Source: the human T2T-CHM13v2.0 reference genome, Homo sapiens
DNA length: 64,000 nucleotides
Strand: one strand, 5' to 3'
NCBI RefSeq assembly: GCF_009914755.1
Contig: NC_060941.1
The notes beneath the pieces are model-generated. The model had not been told where the DNA came from, did no database searches, and saw only the letters and a program-made list of their open reading frames with translations. Below, piece by piece: positions 12,720-27,693 of the stretch (the stretch's first letter is position 1; each line of letters begins with the position of its first letter). A program made the position numbers and the translations under genes.

Positions 12720-13285
12720 TCTATAGATATGACATTTTTTCTTTAGCCTATGGATGTGATAGATTACATTAATTTACTTTTGAATTTTGAACCCTCCTTG
12801 CATACCTGGGATGAACCCCCTGGTCATGGTATATAATTCTTTTTTTTTTTGTGATGGGGTCTTGCTATGTTGCCCAGGCTGGTCTCAACCTCCCGGACTC
12901 AAGTGATCTTCCCACTTCAGACTTTGGAGTAGCTGGGATTACAGACATGTACCACTATGCCTGGGTCTGTATAATTCTTCTAATACATTGTTGGGTTCAA
13001 TTTGCTAACATTTTGTGGAGGATTTTTGCATCTATGTTCATGAGTGATATTGGTGTCTAGTTTTCTTTTGTATCTCTGGTTTCAGCAATGCTGGCCTCAT
13101 AAAATGAGTTGGGAAGTGTTCCTTCTGCTTCTATCTTCTGAAAGAGGTTGTAGAGAAGTGGTCCTATTTCTTCCTCAAATGTTTGGTAGATTTCACCAGT
13201 AAAACTGTCTGGTCCTGGTGCTTTCTGTTTTGGAAGGTTATTAATTATTAATTCAATTCTTTGCTAGATATAAGCCTATTCACAG
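12720..13285 (-). mobile_element. Old L1 (L1M) ORF2 fragment interrupted by a monomeric Alu (12840-12966)
   Basis: GGATTTTTGCATCTATGTTCATGAGTGATATTGG and GCTGGCCTCATAAAATGAGTTGGGAAGTG are antisense L1 ORF2 motifs; TATAATTCTT is duplicated around the Alu. Confidence 0.8.
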
Positions 13286-13469
13286 CATTTCTTTTCAACC
13301 TCAAAATACACTATTTCCCTAGTTGACGGGGGCACCTTGTCCTACATCTACTCTTCTGAAAGAAGGGATTCCAAGTAGATTAAAAAAAAAAAGTCCAGCC
13401 TATATTTTGATGTATTCTGCATGTCTCTCACTAAGGGAGAGGGAAAATCAATTAAAGAAACCAAGAAAT

Positions 13470-13812
<343 letters not shown>

Positions 13813-13819
13813 TTACTCA

Positions 13820-14187
<368 letters not shown>

Positions 14188-14344
14188 TCAGATGTTAGGA
14201 TATAGAGATGAATGGGACAAGGCTCCTGCCCGCAAGGAGCACACTGTTCATGGGGGAGTATGACTCATAGACAGAAAGGCCCCCAAATCTCAGCCTGGTG
14301 CAACCAAGAGGCCTACAAAAGGCTGGAGCTGAGCCATCTTCTGT

Positions 14345-14728
14345 CAGCGTTAGTCGTGTGTGGATACGGAGCGCCTGAAATGTGGCTAGTCTAAACAAAG
14401 ATGTGCTGTGGGTGCAAAATACAATTCAGATTTTAAAGACTCAGTATGAAAAATTATATGAAATATCTCAATAGTAATTGAATAATTTTTTTTTTTTCTA
14501 GAAATGCAGTAACATTATGTTGCCCAGGCTGGTCTCAAACTCCTGGCTTCAAGCTATACTCCCACCTCGGCCTCCCAAAGGGCTGGGATTACAGGCGTGA
14601 GCCACCATGCTTGCTCAGTAATTTTTTATATTGATTGTGTGTGGAAATGATGCTGTTTTATAGATACTGGGTTAAATAAAAACATTATTAAAATTAATTT
14701 CCTCTGCTTCTTTTTACTTTTTAAGATG
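14345..14728 (+). mobile_element. MER33/MER3-like hAT-Charlie MITE with nested monomeric Alu (14485-14617, -)
   Basis: TGAAATGTGGCTAGTC...GATGTGCTGT and GGGTTAAATAAAA...TTATTAAAATTAATTT. Confidence 0.7.
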
Positions 14729-15000
14729 TGTTTTATTAGTTTCTCGAGACTATCGTAACAAATTACCACAAACCTGATGCTTTAAAACAACAAACATTTA
14801 TTCTGTCACAGTCTGGAGCCTGAAATTGGACAGAGCCATGCTCCTTTCAGGGATTGAAAGGGAGAATCCATTCCTTGCCTCTTCAAATTTCTGGTGGCTG
14901 TCCTGGAATTCCTGGGCTTGTGGCCACATCACTCCAGTCTCAGTCTGTGTCTTCACATCTCCTTCTCCTCTTCTGTCTGTCTAATCTCCCTTTGCCTCCC
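14729..15000 (-). mobile_element. MLT1 (MaLR) LTR fragment
   Basis: GTAACAAATTACCACAAAC...TTAAAACAACAAACATTTATTCTGTCACAG. Confidence 0.7.
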
Positions 15001-15747
15001 TTTTATTTTCTTTATTTTGAGAGAGGGTCTTGCTTTGTTTCTCAGGCTGAAGTGCAGTGGTACCATCATGGCTCACTGCAGCCTTGAACTCCCAGGCTCA
15101 AGCAATCCTCTTGCTTCAGCCTCCTGAGTAGGTGGGACTATAGGCACATGCCACCACACCCAGCTAAGCTTTTAATTTTTTTGTAGAGATGGAAGTCTCA
15201 CTATTTTGTCCAGGTTGGTCTCAAACTCTTGGCCTCAACTGATCCTCCCACCTCAGCCTCCCGAGTTGCTGTGATTACAGGCCTGAGTCGCCACGCCCAG
15301 CTGGACACTGGGTATATTTTTTAGCAGCTGTTTTCTAACATCCAGTGTTCAGCTTTGTGGGCATGAAGAGCTTGTTGCTGAAACAACTTCCTGAATCAGT
15401 TGTGATGATGGTTCTTGAAGTCCACAGACCCTGAGCGGCTTCTGATTCTTTTATTTTTTTCTGAGATGGAGTCTTACTCTGTTGCCCAGGCTGGAGTGCA
15501 GTGGTGCGATCTCAGCTCACACTGCAACCTCCACTTCCTGGGTTCAAGCGATTCTCCTCAAGCCTCCCGAATAGCTGGGACTACAGGTGTGCGCCACCAT
15601 GCCCAGATTTTTTTTTTTTTATATTTTTAGTAGAGACGGGGTTTTGCCATGTTGCTAGGCTGGTCTGGAACTCCTGACCTCAAGTGATCCGTCTGCCTCG
15701 GCCTCCCATAGTGCTGGGATTACAAGTGTGGGCCACTGTGCCCAGCC
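15001..15747 (-). mobile_element. Two Alus (J-like 15001-15302; S-like 15448-15747)
   Basis: Reverse Alu dimers with T-rich tails. Confidence 0.88.
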
Positions 15748-16672
15748 ACTCCTGATTCCTTACTCTCCTGATGGTACCAGAGGGCAAGACTCCCAGGTGG
15801 GTTGCTCGGCCCCTGTGTTCTGGGAGCTATTCCTGCAGTGCAGCTTGCTCCTCTAGCCCTCTTGATCATTTTCTAAGGACAGAATACTGCATGAAATTCC
15901 TCTCTGCTTACACTAGCTAGTGTGGCTTCTGTTTCTTGCAGGTGACTGATGAGAATGGGTGGGGCCAGGGTATAGACTGGCCTGAGCAGTGGGAATTTTC
16001 TGTGGTGGGCAGTGGAGATACACGGGGAGCCTTTAAGCAGGGCAAGGTCAGGGAGGGAATGACATGAGCATATGTGTGCCTTAGGGAGGTTCTGTTGCTT
16101 CAGGGAGGTGCTGAGCCCCCTGAGAAGGTAGCAGAGGTGCAGACTTCACTGCTTTCTGGGAGTCCCTCTTCTTTGGGGTTAAGACAGACCCAAAAGATTG
16201 GAGAGAGATGTTCTTTGCCTCAATGGGGCAGGTCATTGACTTTGAGTGTTTAGCCTCCTGAGCATTCTAGGCTTTATTTGCAACATGCAAATCTAAAATG
16301 AATAGCAGGGAGGACTTTACAGTACAGAGGATAGTGAGAATTTTGGTAACCAAAAACCAGGCTCAGGATCAAGAGAGAACAGAGCAGGTAAAAGCTCGGC
16401 ACTGGCGCTCTGGGTGTCTGAATTCACACTTAGTCTCCATTGCCAATTTACTGTGATACTCCAGGAAAGAGAGTTACCCTTTTAGGGCCTCTGAAGTCCC
16501 TCTGAGAGGGAGGAAAGTTTTCCTCCTCCTGTTGTGTAGGAGGGGTGAGGGGCAGTGGCGAGAGAGGTCCTTCTTTTTCCAGGGGAGGAGATGATGTTCT
16601 TTCCAATGGGGCTGCTCTCAGGTCTTATGCTTTTGGACCTCTGACCCCCCTAGCTATAAAATGCACATGCCT

Positions 16673-16954
16673 GGCCGGGCGCAGTGTCTCACACCTGTAA
16701 TTCCAATACTTGGGGAGGCTGAGGCAGGTGGATCTGAGCCTCAGGAGTTTGAGACCAGCCTGGGCAACATGGTGAAACCCTTGTATCTCCTTAAAAAAAA
16801 AATTAGCTGGGAACAGTGGTGCCTGTCTGTAGTCCCAGCTACTTGGGAGGCTGAGGTGGGAGGATCACCTGAGCCCAGGTAGGCTGAGGCTGCAGTGAGC
16901 CATGATGGTGCCACTGCATTCCAGCCTGGGTGACAGAGTGAGACCCTATTTCAA

Positions 16955-16988
<34 letters not shown>
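16673..16988 (+). mobile_element. Alu (J-like) with (AAT)n tail
   Basis: Dimer; CACATGCCT duplicated at the flanks. Confidence 0.88.
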
Positions 16989-16989
<1 letters not shown>

Positions 16990-17227
16990 CACATGCCTGA
17001 AGCTCTAGTCAATGGCTTGCCTCTGCAGGGCAGGTAAAGTCCAATTCAGGAACATCTTTATTATGAAGGCTTACATCCAGGTCAGGGTGACCCCATTCAT
17101 TCTCCAACCCCAGAATGGAGGGCCCCTCAGGCACTGCCGCATCCTCAGACTCAAACTCTGTTGTTCACACATCCCATCGGTAAAAAATGTTGAGCAGGCA
17201 ACCTAACAACTATTTGTTTATAAATTA

Positions 17228-17554
<327 letters not shown>

Positions 17555-17739
17555 TTACAAATTATATACATGAGCTATATATACATAAATATATTAGTAT
17601 TTACATTACAAAAATATATGTACATTATAAAATATGTTATGCTCATTATACGTATATGTGTAAACTATATTATATACATTCTAAAATTTTAAATAAAGAT
17701 GAAGAAAAAATACATTGAATCTTTTTCAATGATATATTT

Positions 17740-18760
17740 AAAAGTAATTTTATGGCATCTCATTTAATTAAAACCCTTTTGTTCTCACAATGAGAGCAAC
17801 GTGATTGAATATGCTTGTTTATTTTTGAAACTCCTGGTTTGTGAAATCTGAAAACACTTTGTGGAACAGTGATTTGAATGTCTCATTCTAAATTCAGTTT
17901 ATTTCAATATTCAGTTTTAATGGTTGTCACAGCTGAAAAGAAGGCCTCACGAAGATACCTAGATCCAGACGGATGGGGTGCATTGTGGGCTCAGCTCATT
18001 AAATCATGACATTAATTTTCAATTTTCAATTTCATCCACCAATTATGCAAAGGTTTTGTTCAAAATTGGCTTGCAAATTTCCATCTTCTCTCATGTCAAT
18101 CAGTTGTTCTTGCAAAGAAATTGGAATATGTTGCATTATAATACTTTCAGCAAATGGCTTTTAAACCCACTCAAACTCTTCATTTAGAAGATTTTTAAGC
18201 AAATTAAACATTTCTTTTTTAGTTCGTTGTTTGAAGGGCAGATATGAAGGATCTTGGGAACACATGAGGTTTTCAGCCACAAAATCATGTAACAATAGGA
18301 ACACTTTCAAACCTTATTTTCAAATGCTCTGTCATATTCTTTTCCTTCCCCCACAGTTGCTTCCTTGATAACTTGGCTGCACTTCACCTTTATCCTGATG
18401 AAAAGAGATTTCATTTTTGGAAATCTCTACTGTAGCACTCAATAGGCAATACTTGTTCTTCCTTTGTGATATGGCAAATGAGGCGATCTTCTACTATTTT
18501 CTTGCTGTTTCTTTGCAGAAATCTTTTTAGGCCGTTTATCCTTTTTTTTTTTTTGAAGGAGGGCTAATTTAGTTTGAATCAGGCAGTATAAACTGGGATA
18601 TGCAGACATCAATATGTCACAATACATTGAAAGTGAGCAACAGAGTGAGAGTATAGCCCTCAAGTTCTCTGCCTGATGGAGTGACTAATTCAGGGGACAT
18701 AATTGGCCAACAAACAGACTGAGTGAGGGTGCCTAGGTCAATCTGTATGTTAAATATTAG
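17740..18760 (-). mobile_element. hAT-Charlie transposase fossil (degenerate)
   Basis: Minus-strand translation ~17970-17790 reads PSGSRYLREAFFSAVTTIKTEY*NKLNLE*DIQ...KHIQSRCSH, a decayed hAT C-terminal dimerisation motif (PFxSTYLCExxFS...IKTKYRN). Boundaries are approximate. Confidence 0.7.
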
Positions 18761-18769
18761 TTGACCTGA

Positions 18770-19105
18770 ATTTATTTATTTATTTATTTTTCTCTCTTTT
18801 CTTTTCTTTTTTTTTTTTTTTATTTTGAGACGGAGTCTCGCTCTGTCGCCCAGGCTGGAGTGCAGTGGCGTGATCTCGGCTCACTGCAAGCTCCGCCTCC
18901 CGTGTTCACGCCATTCTCCTGCCTCAGCCTCCTGAGTAGCTGGGACTACAGGTGCCCGCCACCACGCCTGGCTAATTTTTTGTATTTTTAATAGAGACGG
19001 GGTTTCACCGTGTTAGCCAGGATGGTCTCGATCTCCTGACCTCGTGATCCACCCACCTTGGCCTCCCAAAGTGTTGGGATCACAGGCATGAGCCACTGCA
19101 CCCTC
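18770..19105 (-). mobile_element. AluY
   Basis: CTGCAAGCTCCGCCTCC...TTCACGCCATTCTCC and GTTAGCCAGGATGGTCTCGATCTCC. Confidence 0.9.
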
Positions 19106-20724
19106 CCTCTTTCTTACTTTTAGATACAAATACATGTATATGAATTCTAAAATTTTCTTTCCACATTCCGCAGTACTTTTGGAGTATGTATGTGCAACCT
19201 CATTGGACTGACAGGTGAGCTGAGGCTTAGTGTGGGGGTTGCCTATGGGCTCCATTGCCAATGGGGTGATAATGCCAGACTGAAACTCAGGTCCTTGCCT
19301 TCCACGATCCTCCCTGGACCCTGACAGTGTGGATGTGGAGGTGATGCAGGGTAGCCTGTGCAAGCCCCACCCCTGCATAGGGTCCTGTGGTCCTAAGAAT
19401 ACCTGTCTCCCTGGACTCAGGGCCAGAACCTCAACATCTGCTCTGCTCTGTGCTCTCTGGGGAGCAGCACCGGGTGAGCCCAAGAACAGGTGTGGTTCTG
19501 ATTAGAATGACCCTTTCTTTTCCCACTCCCTTCCTTCCTCACGTCAGAGCCAGGCCTCTCAGACCAAGTCTAGATCACCGTGACCAGGGGTAAGTTATGT
19601 GGGCCTCTCAGAACCAAGGAAGTTGTTCTTGGCTTTGGGACATAATTTGCTGATTTGTACACCTCAGTTAGATCTGAAAAGCAAATCAGCCATCTGTGCC
19701 CAGAAACAGATAGGCGGGGGGCTGGGCACTGCCGTCCTTGGGCTTGCCCTCCTGGACCTCTCGCTGTCCTTGGAGGAGGGGAAGTGCAGGGCTGCTCTTG
19801 GAGGCATCGGTACCTGTGCAGCAATGACCCAAGCTGCTGGACCGTCTGTCCAGACGCTGGCCAGGAGAAGGGCATCCCCGGCCAGCTCGTGTGCGATCCT
19901 GCATGGCCCTAGGCCCAAGGTGAGCTCATGGGATGAGTCAAGCCTCCTGCTGAGCCTGGCAGCTGAGTAAGAGGACATGCTGTGCTCTCACACCTCCCTG
20001 GCCCCACCGCGGCATGCCCACCTTTGTCTTCCCTTCTGGGGTTTGGCTTGTTGTCACTGACAACATGGGGCAGCCCTTTTGCACACGGCATCCCTGGAGC
20101 CACGTGTTAACTGTGAGTTAATAAATGGGTGTTGTTTTAAGCCACTAAATCTGTGGTCATTTTTTATATAGAAGTAGAAGATGAATACATACCATAAGTC
20201 TAAATATTCAAAAGTCATAAGTCAAGCTTACAAACTGTTAATAAAATATGTTCTATCCATCTACCTTGATTTTTTTTTAAAATAATGACTGTGAAGGCCA
20301 GGGTCAAAATCATAATTCTCTGACAACTAGGAGTTCTGTGCCAGGAGGTAGCTGCCTGGGGAGGGCTGGCCCCTGGATCCCAGTCCCTCGCTGGTGGTCT
20401 GGTCCTTTTACCTTCTCATTCCTGGCTTCATCCTGCACCAGAAGTTGGGGGACAGAAGAGCCTGGAGAAGCCAAATTCTAACCGCTCTCCTTCAAACAGC
20501 TATCCCTTGGGCCCAGGGTGTGACTTGCTTTGGGGAAATTAACCTGGAGAAGAGTTTCAGGGCTGTATGGGCAGGAATACCATGGTCCTCCATGGGCAAT
20601 GCATGGTCTAGAAGGGAGGCTGTGGTTCTGGTGACATCCACTCGGACCCACAGATTCTTCATTCTATGGGGGTGACCAGAGCAGAATTCCTCTATAGCCG
20701 GGGACCCAGGCCAAGGGCCTTTCA

Positions 20725-21105
20725 TTTTGTCCTTTGATTGTAGTAAAATATGTATGACATCATATTCACCATTGTGAATTTAATACATTCACAATGTTGT
20801 GCAACCACCACCTCTATTTCGGTCCAGAACATTTTTATAGCCCCAAAAGGAAACTCTATACCTATTAAGCAGTCACTCCCATCTCCCTCTCCTCCAGGCC
20901 CTGGCAACCACTAATCTGTATTCTGTCTTTATGGCTTTACCTATTCTGGATAGTTGATATAAATGGAGTCACACACTATGCAGCCTTTTGTGTCTGGCTT
21001 TTTTCACTTAGTATAATGACTTCAGGTTCCTCCATGCTGGAGCTCATTTCAGCAGCTCATTCCTTTCTAAGGCAGAATAACATTCCATTGCACGGATAAA
21101 CCGTA
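20725..21105 (-). mobile_element. L1MB-like 3' end
   Basis: CATTCACAATGTTGTGCAACCACCACC...CCCTGGCAACCACTAATCTG...CCTATTCTGGA. Confidence 0.8.
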
Positions 21106-21594
21106 TGTCCAGGGGCCTTTCCTGCCAGGATCAAAGATGGTATTGGGCTGGGGCTTGGGAGAGGTCAGCTGGTGACTTTACCTCTTTTTCTTTTTCTCCT
21201 CCATGCCTCTTGGGGTTTGTCACTTTAGAATATGCTGCTGAGGCTTGGGGACCCAGGGAGACAGCCTGTCTCACCATGTCCCCTAGTCTTTGCAACCTGA
21301 TCCTGAATCCTGCCTGGCGGTGGCGACAACATCAGACAGAGCTGGAGCTGGTGTGACCCCATCCCAGGAGGATGCTCCTATTTCGGGGATCCCAGCTGTC
21401 TCTGGTCAGGGTGCCTCAGCAGAGTCTAGGAAAAGCCAAAGCCCATCTCTGGTGACAGCTCTGAGGTCCGACAGTGGGGAGAGGTGGTGGGTGGGGGGAA
21501 GGAGTTGGGCTTGCTCAACTGCCGTGCCTGTAGGGCGGAGGGAGTCCATCCTGGCACGGGGCACAGCAATCGGACCCAAGCCCAAAGAGATGCT

Positions 21595-21738
21595 TAGCTC
21601 TTCACTTGTGGAGCCTATTTTCCAGAGAAATTTAATTCCACATTGTTTGTTCTCTGCTCTGCAGACGCCTCGGAGTTCTGTGCCAGGAACCGAGCTGAGG
21701 AACTCAGCTGAGGAAACCACGGGAATCTCATTTGAAGA
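21595..21738 (+). repeat. Inverted duplication, arm A (144 bp)
   Basis: Ungapped reverse-complement match to 22954-23097 with 11 mismatches. Confidence 0.95.
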
Positions 21739-21953
21739 GGAATTTGGCCCCTGGAGCCCCCTCCCCACTCACTGGTGGGAGGGTGCCAAGACTTCAGTCG
21801 CCGCCGCCACACCAGCAAACCCCAAACCACAGGAATGCAATGGGGTCACCTGGGGACAGAGGGAGATGGATGGACAGCGAGTAGGCAGTGAGCCCTTGGG
21901 CCTGCATCGCATGGGGTCTGCTATTTTGTGACAAAAGCACTGGACTTGGTCCC

Positions 21954-21994
21954 CAGGCCTCGGTGTGGATTCAGGCCTCGGTGTGGATTCAGGC
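21954..21994. repeat. 18-bp tandem duplication (CAGGCCTCGGTGTGGATT x2 + CAGGC)
   Basis: Read directly from the sequence. Confidence 0.95.
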
Positions 21995-22271
21995 TTGCCA
22001 CTCGGGTCATGGGGTCTTGGGTGGTCACGTCTGTGGCTAACCATGCTCACCTGGCCACTCTGGCCTTTGGACCAACTCGGGCAAGGAGCTGAGCTTGACG
22101 GGGAGGGAAGCCACGGATTGGGGTGGACGGAGGCGGTGAGTGAGAGTAGAGTGTTCTGGTCTCCAGGCTCTGCAGGCTGAGCAGGGGAGGCACCCAGCAC
22201 TTGTTACCCAGGGAAAGGAAACTATGTCGATAATGATTTGTCAGCTATGGGTCAAGGACTGCTCCAGGCAC

Positions 22272-22580
<309 letters not shown>

Positions 22581-22953
22581 TTATATAATACATTGCATTT
22601 CTCCTTACGGTGGTCCTCTGGTGTGGCTGGCATCATTCTCTTTTATAGACAAGGAAACCAAGAAAGGAGAAGGGGACTCCCCTAGAGTAACAGGTACCAG
22701 GGGAGGGGCTGGGCAGAGGGTGGTCATCCCCGAATGCTGAGTGCTCCACACCATGCCACTGGCCCCCGACTCAGTCCTCAGACTTGTTCCTTGGTGAGAT
22801 CACAGTTGAAATAATAGTTTTCTTCCCCTTAACTCCTCCTAGTTAAGAAAGGAATCATAGTATTTTTGAGCTGGAATGGACTTGGGTACAAGTTACCATT
22901 TTACAAACGGGAAAATTGAGGCTCAGAGAGGAGAAGCAGCTTTTCCATTTGAA

Positions 22954-23097
22954 TCTTCAAATGAGATTCCCGTGGTTTCCTCAGCGGAGTTTCTCAGCTT
23001 GGTTCCTGGCACAGAATTCCTAGGCGTCTGCAGAGCAGAGAACAAACAATGTGGAATTAAACTGCCCTGAAAAATAGGCTCCTCAAGTGAAGATCTA
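22954..23097 (-). repeat. Inverted duplication, arm B (144 bp)
   Basis: Reverse complement of 21595-21738, about 92% identical. Confidence 0.95.
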
Positions 23098-23519
23098 GAA
23101 GATCTTCCTGACTTTTATCACCCAGGAAGATAGCAGATCTAGCTCCAGATGCTCTCTGGCCATTTGGGCCACATGGGTAGAATCCAGGGTCCCTGAGGCC
23201 AAGGCTGTCTTTAGTGCCCAGTGGGTCAGAATCTCCTTGCTCTGCCCAGGTTCCACACCTGTCTGTTGGTGTGACCCTGCATCCAACCTGAGAGGCCACT
23301 GATGGTTTGGTGCACCCTGTCCCCACTATTATAACCCTGCTGGGAGGGTTCAGGAGTGCCATGTTGGTAGATGAAGCACTGCTCTATTTTGTCCCTCACC
23401 TTAACAGGCACATGTCACCTGTACTTGGTGGCTCTATCCAGCAGAAGGAGAGAAGGTGGGAATGAGTGTCATCGTGGTTCAGACACTGTCCAGTGGGGTC
23501 ACCTTAGCTTAGTCACTTC

Positions 23520-24560
<1,041 letters not shown>

Positions 24561-24589
24561 ATCCTACATCAAATACAGATGAGTTAAGG

Positions 24590-25068
24590 GGCCACAGAAT
24601 GCTCTGGAAGCTGCACAGGATGACTTTGGTGCCCTGTGCATCCACCGTTGGCATTCGCTGTTCCCCTGCATGCTGAGGCTTCTGCCTGCATCCCTGCAGT
24701 TCTGCCAGAGGCCTTCTCTGCAGACAGAAGCAGGCTGTCTGTCCTGTGCATGGGACAGGTTAGGAGTGTTGTGGAGTTGATGACCCCAGGAGCAGCCTTC
24801 AGCCAGTGACAGATGCGAACTGGATGATGAAAACCATCTTTACTTCCTGTAGGTGTGTTCTGCCATCTCTCAGGGGCTTCCAGTGGGATTGCGTTTGAGT
24901 TCCCAGTTGCCCACAGGGGCTTGTCAGTCCTCCTCCATTGGCTTCCTCCCCCTTTCTGTGTCACTCTTCCATTTCCCTACAGTGCTTCCTGGGATCACCT
25001 GCCAAGTCAATGAATCTCATGCTCATCCTTGTCTCAGAGTCTGCTTCTGGGGAACCCGTTCTAAAACA
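24590..25068 (+). mobile_element. LTR16-like (ERVL) solo LTR
   Basis: GCTTCCTGGGATCACCT...CCTTGTCTCAGAGTCTGCTTCTGGGGAACCC 3' end. Confidence 0.7.
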
Positions 25069-25556
25069 CTGGTTTCCTTCAGTAGGATGTGCGTCTGCAT
25101 TGACTGCTTCCTGTCTTGATTGCTTCTTCATGTTTCCAGCATGTCTTGACTCTCAACTGGCCTGGAAGTGGCTTCAGGGTGTTTTCATCTCTGTGTCTCC
25201 AGCACCAGGATGCCAGGGGAAGGGATTCCTCAGCAAGCGGTTGTTGGATATATGAATGAATAAACCCACCAGTGGCTTCTCATTGCTTTTAGGATCGAGA
25301 CCCAACTGTTCAATAAGCTTCACAAGGCTCCTTCCCACCTCTCCACCTCCACGTCCCGCCACCCTCCCCCACCCTCTGATGGTGCGTGTGGCACATGCCG
25401 GTCTCTGCCTGACTGCTCCTTCGCCAAGCCATCCTCTTGACACAGTACTAGTTCACACCTCCTCCCCCATCCTTCCCTTAGCACTCCTCCATTTCCCACT
25501 CCCCGCCCCCTTCTCAGAGAACTCAGGCATCCTCTCGGCAGCAAAGATGTCCCTGA

Positions 25557-25981
<425 letters not shown>

Positions 25982-26379
25982 TAGAATGATGTTTCTCAAA
26001 CTTTTCTGATTATGAACCACAGGAAGAAATACATTTTATGCCAGGACCCAGTTCACGTAATACATGTATAACTGAATGCTTATCCTCACTGCTTGGGCTA
26101 CACTGATATTTTCTATCCCATTCTGTATTGCATTTAAAAAAATGCTGGCTGTGACTCACTAAATGGACTATAGGCTGGCAGTTGGGAAAAAGGTCTAGAC
26201 AACAAGATAGATGCCTGCAAATTCAGGAGAGTAGGGACTTAATTCACTTGTACTCACTGCTGTCCCCCAGGGCACTGCACAGTGTCTGGCACCCAGAAAG
26301 GTGCTCAATCAATATTTGTTGAATGACCATATGATAGGAACAAATATGTATGAATGAGTGAATGAATTGCCTGCCCCAC

Positions 26380-26460
26380 CCAGACAGGAAACTGTGGCTT
26401 CTATCAGATTTTGCTGTTACCGAAAAATACCAGCCCACTTCCTGTGGCTTTGATCTGCAG
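26380..26460. promoter_or_regulatory. ETS-RUNX-TCF/LEF composite element (candidate lymphoid enhancer or lncRNA promoter)
   Basis: ACAGGAAACTGTGGC (26384-26398) and overlapping CACTTCCTG/TGTGGC/CTTTGATC (26436-26455). Confidence 0.55.
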
Positions 26461-26569
26461 CCTTAATTCTAAACTGCCCTGCCTCAGCCAACAGCTATCT
26501 GCAGCTCATTTCCTGCTTTCTGGCCATCTTATCTCTGTCTCCAAGCATTCCTCAGCTTTCTCTTTCCAG
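26410..26569 (+). ncRNA. Candidate first exon of an intergenic spliced lncRNA (start approximate)
   Basis: Perfect donor CAG|GTAAGT at 26569/26570, directly downstream of the ETS-RUNX-TCF module; no convincing ORF. Confidence 0.4.
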
Positions 26570-27249
26570 GTAAGTATACCCAGAGCCCCAGTTCTTCCTC
26601 TTGCAACTTTGGCAGCACAGGGTGGGGCTGCCCTTTTGGGCCAAGTACTATCCCAGATCTCAGGCTCCTGGGGTGTGGGGCCTTTCTGGGTCAGGCGTGT
26701 CCTTCTGATTCCAGCCTCCTGGGGGGCAGGTGCTAGGGCTGGGCCTGGGCATCGGTCCACATCCTGTTGATGGTCTTTGGGACAGGATGGGGGATGAGGA
26801 TGGAGGGTAGACATTGATGAAATAACCATGCAGATGTCTAATTATGGACTGTGAAAGAGGCTATGAAGGAAAAGTCAAGGTTGCCTTGAGAATGTGTAAC
26901 AAGGGACATGCCTATAGGGGATCACGGAGAGCTGCCTCAATTAATCCAAGATCTGAATACAATAGAAGCTAGCCAGGCAAAAAGGGTAAAGGAGAGAGAA
27001 AGAACTTGTAGATGGAAGAGACTGCAGGTGCAAAGTTCCTGGGGTAGGAGTGAGTGATAGCGGTCCTGTTGAGGAGCTGAAGAAAACTCAGTGCAGCTGG
27101 TGGACAAAGACAGAAGGATTTACAACAAGGAGGCCAGAGAGGCACCTAGGGGCCAGCCCCAGTGCACCAGCTTAGAGGTTTTGGATTTACCTTGAGAACA
27201 GTGGGAAGCAACAGAACATTTGTAGAAGCGTGATGACATTGTGTTTGGT

Positions 27250-27693
27250 TTTTTTTATTTGTTTTTGTTTATCTATTTTTATTTTTATTTATGTATTTTT
27301 GAGACAGGGTCTCGCTCTGTCGCCCAGGCTGGAGTGCAGTGGTGCTATCTCAGCTCACTGCAATCTCCACCTCCCGGGTTCAAGAATTCTCCTGCCTCAG
27401 CCTCCTGAGTAGCTGGGACTACAGGCACATGCCACCATACCCAGCTAATTTTTTTGTATTTTTAGTAGAGACGGGGCTTCACCCTGTTAGCCAGGATCGT
27501 CTCAATCTCCTGACCTCGTGATCTGCCCATCTCGGCCTCCTAAAGTGCTGGGATTACAGCAGTGAGCCACAGTGCCCGGCCCTGTTTTGGTTTATTTTTG
27601 AGACAAGGTCTTGCTCTGTCACCCATGCTGGAGTGCAGTGGCACGATCATAGCTCACTGTAGCCTTGACCTCCTGGGATCCAGCAATCCTCCC
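27250..27693 (-). mobile_element. Alu (27250-27581) plus Alu right-arm fragment (27585-27693), within L2
   Basis: Reverse Alu consensus motifs. Confidence 0.85.

Noticed and set aside
21924-21936. TTTTGT-G-ACAAAA palindrome; also GCTGATTTG/CAAATCAGC at ~19649-19690
   Set aside because: Stems this short are expected by chance.
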